Source: Pelomyxa schiedti
Taxonomy: Eukaryota > Protista > Evosea
DNA: 64,000 bases
Assembly (NCBI GenBank): GCA_020536535.1
Contig: JAHLWZ010000173.1
Coordinates: forward strand, 9,980 to 73,979
Direction of reading: 5' to 3'
Shown here: positions 1 to 12,905 of the stretch, piece after piece
How positions within the stretch are numbered: the stretch's first letter is position 1
Layout: every line of letters begins with the position of its first letter
Position numbers and translations under genes: made by a program
The notes under the pieces: generated by a model
Told to the model about the DNA's origin: nothing
Database searches by the model: none
The model's input: only the letters and a program-made list of their open reading frames with translations

Positions 1-1963
1 CTTATTGAGCTTTTCTGGATTGTGAACATCTGCATTGAATCTAGTTGTTTTAATGCATAATAGTAATTTTGCAAAGCTCACGTTGGTGGTATTGCCCCAT
101 CCAATGACGCTGGTTTTGCCTGACTTTTTTTTAATTAGAAACAAGGAATAATGTGCAAAAAAGGCTACTTACTGAGGAAGACCAGGAAAAGCAGTTGGCC
201 GAACTACAGGGGAAACTGGTGGCAGAGCAAAAAAAGCTTTTGGTAGTGCCTCTACGGCTCTGGCAACAAATTTCTCAAAATCTTGTAAAGCAAGGTCTCT
301 TTCATCGTGCTGATAGTGGAACTCTGGTTTTTCAAAAAATTGTCTAAGTGCCTCAGGCTGTTCAGAATAATTTGGTAAAGACTTCAATTTCTGGAACGTC
401 TTACATACAGGTGCCTTGCCCTCCTCGCATGCCACACCTGCATCTTGAAGAGCAGATTTTAGTTGTTTGTGGAGGATGGCAATCTCCCGAAATCCAACCT
501 CTTAGAAAGAAAAGCATGTAAAAAGACTTAACAATGTGTATTGAGAAATACCGTGTACTTCTTCTGGAGTTATTGTAGGGTCACCAATGTGACACTTCAA
601 GAGGTGACCATATAGCTCTGGGTTCTCAAGCCTCCAAACACCATCTCCCTAGAGACTGTTGAACGAGTGCCCTATAAAAAATGAGTAGGTACGCACCAAA
701 CCAGATTTTTGTAGTAAGTTCTCTTGGATAAAGTTGGTCAGCTGCTCAGAAGCTGAAAAAACGGGATCTAAGGATGTGACTAACTCCTTGACTAGTGATT
801 GCTTTTGATTTTCAGAGATTTTCATGCTCGGAAGAGCACTAATCAATAACCGGCTGAGCTGTGTGCTGCCATCCACAGAAGGAACTTTCACCCTTTTTAA
901 TTGCTCACACATAATTTCCAGTGAAAATTTGGGGGGAAGAGGGGCTATAAAAATGTTAAAAGGAAAGCTGATACTCAAAAATCATACAGGAATCTAGTGT
1001 TTCCTTAAGTTGCTGAAGAACTTTGGGTAGTTTTTTAACTCTTTCTATAAAGTACCGTGCATCTTTGGGAGATTCTATCTTATGAAAGCTTGCCAAGAAC
1101 TCAAAGAGACCTCCAGGAGGGGCAGCCATATGATGACATGGGTAAACAGAAACCAGCTCTGCAAAAGGAAAGAGCTGCCTTTATTTGAGTGGAAAACAGT
1201 AAAAGGGGAATAAGCAGTACCTGGATTTGGCAACCCAAGTCAACTGCAGCAGAGATAGCCTGAAGCCACCACATGTAGCATTCCAGAGAAACCAAGTCCG
1301 AATAAGAAAAACGTTTCGCGGTTTTGGCAGGAAACAACCAACGCAAGAAAGCTAAGTGACGCCGTGGTACCCTAGAATGTGCCCTAAACGATGCAGGAGA
1401 GAAATCGTCCAAGTCTCCAGCATATGGTGCAGCTGATAGCTTCCGTTAGTACAGGAAAAACAAAAACAACAACAATAGCAACAACGGCAACATCAACAAA
1501 AAAAACAACCCCCCCAACTCAAAGCCACAACACAGTGCCACATATAACTCAGACCAACAACTACAAATAGCAACAACAACTACTACACACAAATCCCCAG
1601 CCTCTCCAGAGGCCTCAAAGCAGACAAGAACATAGGGTGCAATATGAACCACACGAACGACAGGGTCATGGCGACCCGCGGGCCCCGCGGCCGCACCACC
1701 CCCATGCCCACCACGCTCCCCGCCAGCCCCGCCGCCACCGCCCCCGTCCACGCAGCGCACCCCCTGGCCCACTCCCACCACGTCCCCCCCGCCCCAGCGC
1801 CCGCCGCGGCCCCGAGCCCTCGCACCGCAGAGGAGGCGCCCGGCCCGAAGGCGGCCCGGTGGACTACGAGAAGGACCATGCCAACGGGGAGGCTGACCGC
1901 GAGCAGGCACAGGGAGGCCAGCAAAATCGCCACTAGCACCAGGACCCCCACGGAACGACGCAT
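1..1963 (-). CDS. DUF885-family protein with N-terminal membrane anchor, spliced, 3' end runs off the window
   Basis: Spliced reading: hydrophobic N-terminus ...HPMFLSALRPLERLGI | intron with TACTAAC branch site near 1445 | LSAAPYAGDLDDFSPASF...ELYGHLLKCHIGDPTITPEEVH|EVGFREIAILHKQL...PKAFFALP. This matches the DUF885 pattern (LDDxSP; YxxxLxxHxxxxxTPEEIHxxGxxEVxxI). The HExxPGHH region would lie left of the window. Confidence 0.75.
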
Positions 1964-2074
1964 GCGATGGGAAGTTCTGTATGGGTTTTTTTCTTTTCGG
2001 CGCGCCCCAACGGGTTTTTATGAACGGCATCGTGGGAATTCTTCACCTCGCCATAAGGTTACAGCCACCCTTGA

Positions 2075-2472
2075 TCACTTCGCCGACGGATCTCTCCAAG
2101 GGGTGGTACCGGGCAGTTTGACTGGCGGGAAGGAAACAGATGGCTTGCTTGGCATGATCAAGGTCAATTCGCGGCAACTACGCCAGCCGATCTGGCGATC
2201 AATCTGAATCAACGAAAGATCCCCGAAGATCACAGGACAACTCCAAGGAAGAGAATGTAACCCTTTTCACGGTGCATGTCCGAATGTCTTCATTTGGTTC
2301 GTGTAAACTTCCGAGATTTGTGATGGGTCCAATGGCCGGGTTTGGTAGGAACAAAACCACCACGCACTATTTTTGGCGCCATCAGGAAGTAGTTTTGATC
2401 CTTGCCTATCAAGATTGATGGAAATGGACCGATTTTCCGGTAATCAATCATGACGGTTTGACTTTTTCCCAT
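2075..2472 (-). CDS. possible small spliced gene of unknown function
   Basis: ATG at 2472, exon-like blocks and GT..AG gaps, ending ...TTPWRDPSAK*. No recognisable domain, and I could not build one fully consistent splice path. Confidence 0.2.
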
Positions 2473-2649
2473 CAAAAAACGGTTAATGGTTTTTTTCAAC
2501 AGAACTGCACTAGATAAAGGGGACAATCGACCTTGTGTACCGGTACATTTGTTTTCTCAAAAAAAAAACCCTCTCCGATAACACACACCTGTGTTGTGTT
2601 TGCTCGCCACTCAGTGGTCTCCCTACCTACCTCCTTCAGGAACTCACCG

Positions 2650-4529
2650 ATGACCGAGCCTTCTTCCTTGGTACCGTTCTCCGCCCCCTTTCCCCTGTCG
2701 ACTAACCGTGCCATCCTGCAGCCTTCCGTCGCAGCCGTGCCCCTCGCCGTTCCCGGCACTCTGCAGGCGCCGCCGCCGCCCGCTGTGAGCGCTCGCCCGC
2801 CGCCCCCGCTCCCGGTCCCCAACTCGTCGCCCTCGCCGCCGCTGCCGCCGGCGCTGCCCTGCTGCTCCTTCGACTCGGGCGCCGCGGCCCTGGGCCCGAC
2901 CGCGGGGCTCCCTGGGATGCTGTACCCGCTCGAGAGCCCCTGCCCCAGCCCCGCGCTGCCGCCCCCGAGCCCGGGCCCCTTCCCGAGCCTGGGCCTCGGT
3001 CTCGCTCTAGGTCCGGGCGGAATTGTGGGGCCTCTCGCCAACCCGGGAAACCCGCAGCAGTTCGTAAAAATGCAGCAGCAGATGTCGTATCTGCAGTTAT
3101 TACTTTTCAAGCTGCGCCTTTTGAGGCAGATGGAATTGGAACACGTACAACAACACCAACAAGTGGACCCCCAATCGCAAACTCAATCTCAATCTCAATC
3201 CCAGTCCCAGTCTCAATCGGAAACACTCTCACAAACAGCGTCTCACCCACCATCGCAGCAGCAAGCTGCGGAAACGACAAATTCAACTACGAGTTGTACT
3301 TCAGCTGATGAAAGCCATCAATGCCAAGAACAACAGCCGGACAAACAACATCAATATCTACTGGAACGGCAGCAACTTGAGCAACAGCTGAAGCTGCAAG
3401 AGCAAGTGGCTATGATTCTACAGCTCCAGAACTGTTTGCAACAGATACCGCAACCTGGACTGTGCTGTCCAAATCAATTGGGAATCCCGGTATATCCAAA
3501 CATGGTTCCTGGAGCCGAGACTGTAGTGGACGATAAGCCACCTATTTTCAATAGGCTGCCACCAGTAGCTGTGAAGCCTGAGTTCTCCCCGAGAATGCCT
3601 GTAAAATCTTACCTCCCGACCGGCTTTTACTCACAGTACGCCTCACCACCTCCACCACAGACACCGCAATCTCCTCTTCCACCGTCCACCCCATCACCAC
3701 AAATGCAGCCTCTTCACCTCGAACCATACACACCATATCCGGCTTATCAGCACCCGAACACAGGAGCAAATGTGGAGCCAAGAAGAATCGAGATTGCCCT
3801 CTCCTCTTACAAGATTTTCAGGCACAAAAAGTTTCAGGTATTTCCCCCGCTACGATATTCATAATTCACTGGGAAAAAGATGACGATCAAAATCAACAAA
3901 GAACTTAAAAACTCTCTCATGCTTACAAATGACGATATATACATTGCTGGCCTAAATGCCAAAGTCTGCCGAGAAAAGTCAGACGAAGGTATCCACTTCC
4001 TAGGAAGAAAAAAATCCCTAACCAAAGCCGCAGAAGTTGAAAGTTGCATGCAATGCTCCCCAAAAAGAAAACTTGTAGTCATAAGTGTTTCACCTCAGTC
4101 ACCATTTTACCCTGGGATGATGAACAAGTCTGCTCTTAGTGCAGATATTGAGGAGTTCGTTTTTGATGAATGCCATTCCAGCTGCTCCAGTTCAAGGTAT
4201 TGCTCTCATTTCATAAACAAAACAACTCACTCACACAACCAGGGACCATCTACATACAGCACTGAGAATTGTTGTGGAACTACAACCAAACCTGATTCTA
4301 CACTCTTTACCATTTGTTCTACAGTCACGTGCCTCACAGAGTACAAGTACTGCACCCCTCTTCACTCCTATGTTAGTACTTATTCATTCCTTCAGAGAAA
4401 AACGCTTCACCCAAAGTGCCACCTACCCCAGAACCTACAAAAGATGATAGCACCCCCAAATGCAAACCAAGCAAGTTGCGCCGCACATCTCCACAGCAAC
4501 AGCAACAATTTTGCCAATTGGATGGTTAG
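2650..4529 (+). CDS. Pro/Gln-rich putative transcription factor with Cys/His-containing C-terminal domain
   Basis: Long first exon (Pro-rich, then QSQSQS and polyQ), 3 short introns. C-terminal globular domain RIEIALSSYKIFRHKKFQMTIKI...CMQC...CHSSCSSSRDHLHTALRIVVEL...SLPFVLQSR. Stop TAG at 4527-4529. The function is inferred from architecture. Confidence 0.55.
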
Positions 4530-4760
4530 GTATTCCCTCACAACCACCCTCATTTTTGACACACAGTTTTGCAAACAACAAAGAAAAATAGCTCTATCCG
4601 TTGGGATAGAATTAGAACTGTAGAATAACAAAAAGAAAATGTGGCGTTTGAAAATTGTGGCGTTTGACACCGTTGCCCGGCGGGTAGAAATTATGATGTT
4701 GGGGCGTTAAAGAAGTCATATCAAGATCTTACTCTGAGTGTGTCGTGTCCTTCGCTTTGC

Positions 4761-7700
4761 ATGTTGTTCTGTCGAGCCCTCGTATTCCTTCTAGGTTGAA
4801 AGAATCAGACCTTACAAATATCCTGTGATCCCAACTACACCCCAGGTCTGCGGTTGATTTCTTCGTCACTTACGGGAGTTGAGGTGATTCCCGTGCCGTC
4901 TGTTTTTCACACCACTGCGTATCCCGTTGAGTGGTTGCAATGCTTTAATGTCACCCATCGTATGGCAAACGATTTCTTCGCATTCTGTGACCGGTTTTTC
5001 TTCAGATTCCCCAAATACAGAGTACACAAGGCGTGTAACAGTTACCTTTGTCGATGCGACTGTCAAGGTACTTAAATACTTCCTTTTTTCCTTATGTAAC
5101 TCCAAAAGAGTGTAGCTGTTGCCGAGGCAACTACATCGTCCAGCCTTGATACACGAGCATCTTTCACTACTCAATCGTATTCCTTACTGTTTTAAGGCTC
5201 ACTAATCACTAACTCCACTCACCAGAGCCACTTGGGAGGTTTTTTCTATCGCTCAATCTACAATTTGTAACTTGCCTGTAGTCAACAAGTTCGGGGGAGT
5301 GTGCCTTCAAAAACGAGGTTCGGGTAAGATTTTGTATGCATCTTCAAGTAGCTGTGCCCGGAAATTACTCGGCAACTTTCACAGTGTTCTCTGATGGTTA
5401 CATATAATATGGTTTGATAGTGTTAATATCTTTACAGACTGCAAGAAAGGCAGTGGCCCTCACTCTGTTACAAACACCACCGTTTTCTCTGGTTTTTTTT
5501 ACCTACACTTTACTTTTTCGTGTAACCTTGTTTTAAGTGGCAACATGTGATGACAACCTGATTTGCACTGGTTGGCATTCTTCCACAAAAATTCTGATTT
5601 TCTAACATTCTATTAGACAACAAAGCTTTGAAAACAGGCGAGTGCCTGTTTTCATTGCTTCCAGGCTTTTGTCTCATTGAAAACACTTGTATTGAACAGG
5701 GTTTTCACCCCAACGAGTGCCAGGTAATTTCATTTAGTCTCTTTTTTTACTCATTGTGTGAAGTATTGCGATGTAGCAGTTGGTACAAACGAGTGGACAA
5801 ATACTGTTGACACTGCATGTGATGATGGAGATCCTTGCACTACTGGGGATGTTTGTACACAGGGACATTGTATTGGAAAATCTATTTCATGTGATGATAG
5901 CATTCCGTGCACAGGTCAAAGTTCGTTCTTCGAAGTTCTTACTGATTGTTTCAGAGGATACTTGTGAGGAAGGGCACTGTGAACATACTCTGGAAGCTGA
6001 TAATTGTTTGATTGGGAATTTATGCTACCCAGATACTGTTGTAAACCCAAAGAACTTCTGTCAGGTTTTCTTTCATTTTGGAACCAATGAAGTGAAACAT
6101 GTAAACTGCAGCACTGTGACGTTGCATTAAATTGGGAAGCCTGGTCATCTCGAGATGGGACCGCCTGTGATGATGGAAACCAGTGTACTCAGAAGGATAC
6201 ATGCATTAATGGTGCCTGTGAGGGCAGCCCCTACGACTGTAATGACTACCTAGACTGTACGAGTATGTACGGTTGGGTTTTTTTAGCACCCTATTCATTG
6301 ACATTTTTTAGCTGATCTATGTTTGGGGGAAGGCACGTGCTCTTTTTATGTGACAGATGGATACGTTGTTACTAGTAACAAGTGTTTTGCTTATGCACAA
6401 GAAAACCCTGAGAACTCGTGTCAGGTATACAATTCTAAACCTTATTCATCTTAACTTCTGAAAGATTGCCAGTCCAAATTCTGAAACACACTGGACAAAT
6501 AAGTCAAATAGTGTCCCATGCAATGATAAAGATATGTGTACAGTTGAGGATGCCTGTGTGGATGGAATATGCATAGGGCAAGTAAAGGATTGCAGTGATT
6601 CGTTATTTTGTACAAGTTGGTTTCTGCCTTGAGAAGCTTTTTCGTAATAAGCAGTAGTTGACACTTGCCTTCCCGATGGCACCTGCAATAGTGCAGTAAC
6701 CTCCCCTTATGGATTGATTGAGGGGGAATGCCTAAAAGATGGCTCTGTCAATCCTGAAAACTCTTGCCAGGTTCTTACCTTTTATAATGAAAAGGAAGTA
6801 ACTTACACCTCCTAGTACCTCAATATATCTCTCTCCAGCATTGAGTGGTCAAATCAGTTGGATAATACTCCCTGTGATGATGGTTCCTTTTGCACACTTG
6901 AAGATAGTTGTGAAAGCGGCATGTGCGCTGGCACTCCAAATGACTGCAACGATTTCCTTGACTGCACTGGTGTGTAGACTTTCCTTTGAAGATAACTCAC
7001 TTCAACAAAGAGGATTCATGTAAGGAGGAAGTTTGCAGGCACATCATAACTGACGGGCGCGGGCTGATTAACGGGATCTGTGTCAATGACGGCGACGAGA
7101 ATCCACTCAATTTTTGCCAGGTTTCCTCCATTCATATTTAATAATAGAGTATTTACCTCTCCAGGTCTTTGTCAGCTCTTCTTCTCAAACCAATTGGTCA
7201 AATAAACCCGACAATATCTCGTGTGATGACGGAATTGGGTGCACCAAAAATGATATCTGCCTTTCAGGTTCTTGTGTGGGAATCGGTTACTCTTGTGATG
7301 ATTCCTTGGATTGCACTTGTATGCCTCTCATTTGGTGTATTATTGATAATATGTTGTCCCTGCCCAAATAATATTTTTCACCTGTTCCAAGCTGATGTAT
7401 GCGAGAACGATGCATGCAAAAACGAATTGATTGCCGGCTTCGGACTTATTTCCGGAACCTGTTTTCCAGAGGGATACATCAATCCAGATAATGCGTGCCA
7501 AGTGCGAGATTACTCCCTTTCTTTTCAATCAACTTTAGTAGTTCGTGGACCCAAGCCAGAGCACCACAAAATGGAGCAATAAGCCCGAAAACAGTTTGTG
7601 TGACGACAACAATTTGTGCACTTCCAATGATGCATGTGTTTCTGGAGAGTGCGTAGGCTCGCTGGTTTACTGTCAGGACAGTTTCTCATGCACGGGTTGT

Positions 7701-9983
7701 GTCCCCTTATTGTATCTGTTTCTCAAAAGCTCATTTGCTTCCAGATGATTCCTGCAACCCACTTGACGGCCAATGCACCTATACACTACGGGAGTCCTAT
7801 GTTATTTTTCAATCCACCTGTGTGAAGGAAGGTAGTGAAAACCCAGTCAACCCCTGCCAGGTTTTTCTTGTCACAGTGTCAGTGTAAATTGAGAGCACAT
7901 TTAGACGTTAAATACATCTGTCAGTATAACTGAATGGACAAATCGGTCCGATGACACTCCTTGCGATGACGGGCTTGACTGTACTGATAATGATGTTTGT
8001 CTATCTGGGAGATGTCAAGGAACACCCAATTGCCATGACCTGTTAAATTGCACAAGTACTATCTTGAATTGCCAATTCTGCCTAATATCATTCAAAGCTG
8101 ATCAATGCTCTCCTGCTGGTTTTTGTGAATTCATACTTGAGCAAGACTACTTCATTATCGATGGCACTTGCGTCACTGATCACGCACCCAATCCCAGCAA
8201 TCCATGCAAGGTATGCTCACCTGATTCTTTTCCGCAATTAAACATGGGAAAAGGTTTTCGATAAAGAAATGAACTCAACAGATTGGTCGGATCTAAGTGG
8301 AACCCCCTGTAATGATGGTGTTGAGTGCACAATCAATGACGTTTGTATAGCTGGCAACTGCTTTGGCATATCAAATTGCAGTGACGACCTCAGTTGTACG
8401 GGTTGGCACCTCACGCTTCCTGTGGAATACTTAACCTTTCCTAAGCTGATTTTTGTCTTTCTACGGGGAAATGCCATTACGAAGTATTAGACGGCTTTGG
8501 ACTGATCGACGGTAGATGCTACCAAGAGGGAGATGAAAATCCGGACAATACTTGTGAAGTGATATCCTATGCATCTACTCCCTACATTATGACACTAAAC
8601 CAGATCTTTGACCCTAAGTTGGGCAATGCTACTTGGAGTTTTAAAAGTGACAATACACCTTGTGATGATGGGGTTATCTGTACTACAGATGTATGTATCG
8701 CTGGAAAATGTGTTGGAACAAGTAACTGTGCAGATAATCTTAGTTGCACTGGTAAGACAATCTTCAGTACAGAGACAATCTCAAAACCAACAGATGATAC
8801 CTGTTCGACTGAAAATGGGTCATGTGACTTCCACTTAAGGGAAGGATTTGCCCTCATAAAAGAAGCTTGCTTTTTAAATGGAGAGGAAAACCCGGATAAT
8901 TCCTGCCAGGTCAATCCTCATATTCTCAAATTTATTAACAATAAGAATATTTTTTAGGTTGTTGATTGCAAAATTAGTACTAACAGTTGGGCAAGAAAAG
9001 AAGATGGAACACTCTGTGACGACTACAACAACTGCACCAAGAATGATGTATGTGTGTCTGGGTATTGCATTGGTGAAAGTTCCTGTAATGATACCTATTC
9101 ATGCACTGGTAAATTTCACGAAGCTGAAAGCAAATCCCAATATTTTTCTACAGATGACCTATGTGAAAATAAATCGTGCTCTCATTCTCTCATACAAGGT
9201 TACACAATTTACGATGGACTTTGTCTCAAAGATGGCGATGAGAACCCTACACAACCCTGTCAAGTAGCCTCAGTTGTATTGTATCAACTGTTATCAATAC
9301 GCATTCTACAGATTTTTGATGCGCAGTCTGTTTCATGGTTACCTCTAAAGGATGGAACCGAATGCAACGATAGGAATCCTTGCACGATAAATGATCAGTG
9401 CAATACCGGATTTTGTGTGGGAACCAGTTACAAATGCGATTCAGATTTGGCGTGCATTAGTACGTAAAAACAATAAGAAGCCCACTAATCATTTCAGAGT
9501 CCTACACTTGTGATGGAATAGGAGGATGCATTACTGAGGTACAACCTGATAAATGCCTCATTGATGGAATATGCTATTCCCTGCAGCTTTCCAACCCTGA
9601 AAATGAATGCGAGGTACTTAATTGCACAATAACCTGCCATACTTACTTATTTCAGTTTTGTAGTCCCACATTTTCTCAAAGCTTGTGGGCAAGCTACGAC
9701 CAGACGCCGTGCGATGACAATAACCATTGCACAACAAACGACCAATGCTCGCACGGGAAATGCGTTGGTACTGCAATTCCCGGCTGCTCTCAATCCGGTC
9801 AGTACCATTTTCTATTTGTCTTTACCTAACAACTTAAAAGAGCCCAGTCCAGAAGACAACGACAATAAATTCCCGTGGTGGGCCATTCTCCTCATTGTAG
9901 CGGGTGGATCCTCAGCCATTGCCGGTGCCTCAATTGGTGCCCTCGTGGCAGTCCGCCGCTACAAAAAAAACCACCATGACTAG
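4761..9983 (+). CDS. type I membrane surface protein with about 12 tandem Cys-rich repeats (Dictyostelium CTDC-like CDDGxxCTxxDxC plus CxIxGxC..NPxNxC motif)
   Basis: Hydrophobic start MLFCRALVFLL; about 12 units of about 87 aa after splicing; C-terminal TM WWAILLIVAGG...ALVAV followed by RRYKKNHHD*. The 5' exons are approximate. Confidence 0.85.
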
Positions 9984-10051
9984 AGGTGCAGAGCACAAAG
10001 GGGAACCAAAATAAGCTGTGAATAATGGAACATTCTCTTTTCCATCTATCT

Positions 10052-12755
10052 TCATTCCACTTTAGTTGTTGTTACTGTTGTGGGTTGTTGTATGTCACCC
10101 CCGGTTGCCTGTTGTGTTGGTACTGAGACATTGGCTCCCTGAGTGGCACTCGATTCTTGGGAAGAAGCGGGAATGGAAACAGATGAAGGTGCGGGAGTGA
10201 CTGTGGGAGTCGCATTTGAGTTTGCAGCTATAGTAGTTGCAGTTGCATTTGAAGTTGAAGTTGTAGAAGGGATTGGTTGGGGTCGGCTATTTTCGGGTGG
10301 GAGAATGGATGGGGATGTGGTACTTGTAATCATTGCAAGTACCGCGGCTTCAAGGTCATTCCATAGCTGTGTTTCAATAGGGTCTACACTGGAAATCGTT
10401 GTTGCTGTTGTGCTGGTTGTTGACAGTTGTTGCTGGTGCTTATGAAGCTAGTGGGTGGAATGAAGTAAGGTTTTTGTTTTGGAAATGAAAAGCGGATCAA
10501 TACCAGGTTGCGGATTCGGTAAACATTTCTTCTTGCATCAGAACTCACTGAGGCAACATCTTCAATAATGGAATCTGTAAATGAATAAAATAAGTTAGTG
10601 CCTTTTCCATTTCCTCTTTGGATTACCTGTTTCATATGGAACAGAAAGATGGGGCAATAGCATTGAGGGCATTCTTGACAGAAAGACATCGGCTTCAATT
10701 GATGACATAGTTCTATGTAACCAGTTGGACCACATTCCAGTAACTCCAAACTGCTCTCTCTGTGCGGGCTCTGAAAGAGGCGATAGAGGACTGAGCACCA
10801 GTGTTACTGGCTTGGTAACATTACTGAAGAGGTATAAACAAGGTATAAGATACTTGAACTTCTAGAGCACCAACGACAGGGAGATTGTTGAAGAAATTCA
10901 TTGTTGCTTCTACAGTCTCCTGTAAACACGGTCAGTCTAAATCCACTATACCGAAAGGAACAAGACCCGAGTTTCACCAGGAAAGCCAACTACGAGTGCT
11001 GCCCTGACCAATACAGATCTTTCTAACAATAGAAGTACGCAGCGTCGAATCATCTGGCCAATCAATCCACAATAATAAAAAAGACAAACTAACCTCAACA
11101 GTGGTATGCTTGCTCATATTACTTAGTACTGTTTGTTCACAGCTCTCAACGCCAATGAATACCAGCCTGCATCCTGATTTTTGCATCAAGTCAGCAATTT
11201 CTTCGTCTTGCACAGTATCTGCTCTGTGTAAGGTTAGTACTTGCGTGGAAAATCATTTAGTCAGCCTCTTCTCATTCTCAACCCCACCCACTAACACTTG
11301 TAATAACCACCTCCCTCCTGTATCCAATGAAGGTGTGCCTGACAAAAGCTTTCCAAACGACGTGAAGATCACGTTTTATAAGTTCAGTCAGGAATTCCTT
11401 TGCAACAGTACGGCTTATAAGCAGATTGTCATTGGTGAATAAAACCTATAGGTGTCAGGTTGAGACACTCACAGAAGCCACTAGTTACCCTTCTGAGGCC
11501 ATCTTTCCATGGTGGGATACTACTTATAGTCCTAAATATTGATTCGGGACTGCACCTAGTTACCTTGGGGGCAACAGCAGCATAGTCACAAAATGAACAT
11601 CTAGTGAAGGTGTTGATATTCTAGAGTGCAACTCCGCCATACTTAAAAGGGCATCCTTGGCCAACTTGGACAGGGTACCAGGGAACTGGGAATGGAGGAA
11701 CTGGAATTCTCGACCAATCAACCTCACAGTCATTGGGTTCTTCTTCTAAAACTGGTACAGAAGGTCAAAGATATTACACCAAGGGAGGTAGAACTTGTGG
11801 GGATAGTGAAATTGCCAATATTTCTTTGATACCAAGATACATTTGGAAGTTTTCTCCACTGGCCATCGTTCTAGTTGTGGCCCTGAGGAAAATAAATAGA
11901 AGAAAGGGAAATACCTTAAGCAAACTGTTGATCAATTTCGCCACAGTTCTTTCGCCATACAAACTTACTATGAGGTAGTCTACTGCTGAGTTGAAAGGCT
12001 CAGCTGAAAATAGTAAAGTGTCATTCAGTTCGAAATTATCAATTTCTTTTTCTTTCAAGTAAAGTTTGTAGGACCTGGAGAGAAAAATTATAATCTCTAT
12101 CTCTGACAAAGGCAATGGAATACTTGAAGACACGCATTCCCCCGGCAATTACAATAATGGAGGGATTCACCAATTTTGCATGAAGAGCAATTTTTTCTGC
12201 AAACTGCCTTTATAAAATATCAGGAACTCTATCCCAAGTGTCTACTTTTGGGAACACACCAAGTGGCAGTTAGAGTTGTACTTAGCAGGAGTATCTTTGA
12301 GGAAGAGACTGCAGCCTCGAACTGTGGTCGAGTGGAGCGGGAGTAGGAAAACATGACAGTGGTCGAAAGACCACAATTTCTCTCCACTTCTTGAGCAATG
12401 CGGGCAGCTCCAAGCATTAGGTGAGCATGTTTTCTTCCATTCTCAACAACACTCTGCGCTGCCTCTGCATTCTATTTTTCAATTTAGAGTTTCGGAGTGT
12501 TCAGGGAGGGAAAAAAAGAAAAGAAAGAACACCAACCTTTCCATTTGTAAAGTACTCACAAAGAAAAGGAATACTTGCAATATAACGACCTTCAACTAAC
12601 AGAGGGTCGTCAATCACTAGTGGGTTCTCTAAAATCAAAGCAAGTGAGTCTCCCTGAAGAACTTCTTTCTTTTTCGGACTTGCACCATAAACCCATAATA
12701 AACAAAAAGCAAGGGACAAACCAGCCATTTCCGAAGCACCAACAACAAGAGCCAT
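10052..12755 (-). CDS. cobalamin-binding radical SAM enzyme (class B methyltransferase/BchE-like superfamily)
   Basis: ILLLSTTL and IIVIAGG (B12-binding domain); PVQVGQGCPF|xCSFCDY (CxxxCxxC, split by an intron); NDNL; SGCRLVFIGVES; VVGFPGET; PLSPL...REQFGVTGMWSNWLHRTMSS; Thr/Ser-rich tail. Start approximate. Confidence 0.88.
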
Positions 12756-12905
12756 CACCTCGGTCGAATTATGGTTTTCGTGTCGTCCTTCGGCGAAGTT
12801 CTTTTTTCGCTTTTTCCAATCACACTAAGGGGAAAAAACTTGAACAGGGTTCCAAATCACCATTTTGTTGGTCACAGAATAAACACAGGCAGAGGAGAGA
12901 ACTCT

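Noticed and set aside
5538-9800. Regularly spaced repeats as a CRISPR-like array
   Set aside because: Repeats are conserved at the protein level only, the spacers are GT-AG introns, and there are no cas genes.
10052-12755. Bacterial contamination or endosymbiont DNA as the source of the bacterial-type genes
   Set aside because: The genes carry many host-type introns and are interleaved with core eukaryotic genes.
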